Shown one piece after another: positions 63,094-64,000 of a stretch of DNA of 64,000 nucleotides. Under the pieces are notes generated by a model. The model had not been told where the DNA came from. It worked only from the letters and a program-made list of their open reading frames with translations, and did not search any database. Numbering within the stretch: the first letter of the stretch is position 1; every line of letters begins with the position of its first letter. The position numbers and the translations under genes were made by a program. The DNA comes from Octopus sinensis (taxonomy: Eukaryota). Where the stretch lies: the NCBI RefSeq assembly GCF_006345805.1, contig NW_021831985.1, positions 186,001 through 250,000 of the forward strand. The letters are read 5' to 3'.

Positions 63094-63297
63094 TAACTTT
63101 CTCATTATAAATGTCCTGAAAATTCCACACTGCCTTGGTTTGTTGTCTCATTTTATTCAATATATACATGCTCATACAAGACCTGCATTAGATTCCTCAC
63201 TCATATTATTATCGAACTGAGAGTTTAACTATGGTCCTTCCATAGTACTTACATAGCCGTACCTGCCATCTTGGGTCTTCTGGATACCAATACCTCT

Positions 63298-63337
<40 letters not shown>

Positions 63338-63442
63338 GTCAAATCAAATAAACAAACAATAAAATTAACAATAACAAGCAACAACAACAAGATGTGTACA
63401 AAGAATGTATTAGTCTGATGCTCAGCAAAAAGAGAGAGTTGT

Positions 63443-63470
63443 TGACATTTCGAGCATAGCTCTTCATTGG
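63443..63470 (-). ncRNA. Decayed minimal hammerhead-like motif
   Basis: ccaatga-a-gagc-tat-gctc-gaaa-t-gtc; explicable as CpG decay of CCGATGA...GAAACGTC. Confidence 0.3.
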
Positions 63471-63804
63471 AAAGGGGAAAAGGAAAAGTCCAAATAAGGA
63501 AAACAATCACAAGAAGCACTTGTATAGTTACATTGCTGAAGTGACCAAAAGTGGAAAGCGACAGAAAGTGGTTCTTTGAGGACAAGAAAGTGCAAAGATG
63601 GTCAGTGTGTGTGTGTATGTGTGTGGTAGTGTCTGTGTGCATGTGTGTTTGTGTTTATGTGAGTGATGTATGTATAGGATGTGAGTCAATGAGCAGGTTA
63701 GTGAATGGTGTTTGATTCAGTCAAGTAGGTGAAAAGCGTGTGAATGGGTGGGTGTGGCTGTGAATGCCTATACCTGTTTGCATGTGTGCATATGACAGAG
63801 ACGG

Positions 63805-63806
63805 AA

Positions 63807-63844
<38 letters not shown>

Positions 63845-63957
63845 CATGTATAGATAGATAGATGGATGGATGGATGCATGGATGGATGGATGGATAGATA
63901 GATAGATAGATAGATGATGGATTGATAGATAGATGATGGATTGATAGATAGATGATG

Positions 63958-63997
<40 letters not shown>

Positions 63998-64000
63998 TAT
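63805..64000. repeat. Compound (TG)n/(GGAT)n/(GATA)n microsatellite
   Basis: Directly visible. Confidence 0.95.

Larger units (their letters stand above)
62424..63160. repeat. Inverted repeat, ~230-bp arms (Penelope pLTR-like), each arm carrying a hammerhead motif
   Basis: 62424-62655 pairs with 62927-63160 (roughly 85% by eye). Confidence 0.85.

Overview
Eukaryotic, AT-rich, microsatellite- and transposon-dense animal DNA. The SINE and RTE-tail families look like coleoid cephalopod, probably Octopus (inference from recalled repeat families, not a database search). One host coding exon is supported: a 3.09-kb minus-strand exon (18428-21515) encoding about 985 aa of homopolymer-rich low-complexity sequence followed by the first three-quarters of a TIF1-family (TRIM24/28/33, Drosophila bonus) RING finger. 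Downstream exons were not found. The rest is mostly mobile DNA: Tc1, mariner and maT elements, TTAA MITEs, a Helitron with a helicase remnant, a Gypsy pol fragment, LINE and Penelope remnants with minimal hammerhead ribozyme motifs, and two SINE families. The strongest finding is the 8.4-kb array at 31667-40024 (about 7.1 kb of 52-bp satellite plus a Gypsy insert). It is an in-situ amplification of 52 bp from a piggyBac transposase ORF: the transposase N-terminus and its continuation flank the two ends, and collapsing the array to one unit restores the protein. Also notable are a 2.2-kb higher-order duplication in the array, several fold-back inverted repeats, SINE trimers with identical junctions, and a CpG-retaining domain at about 3-25 kb. 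No CRISPR, rRNA or true tRNA genes were seen.
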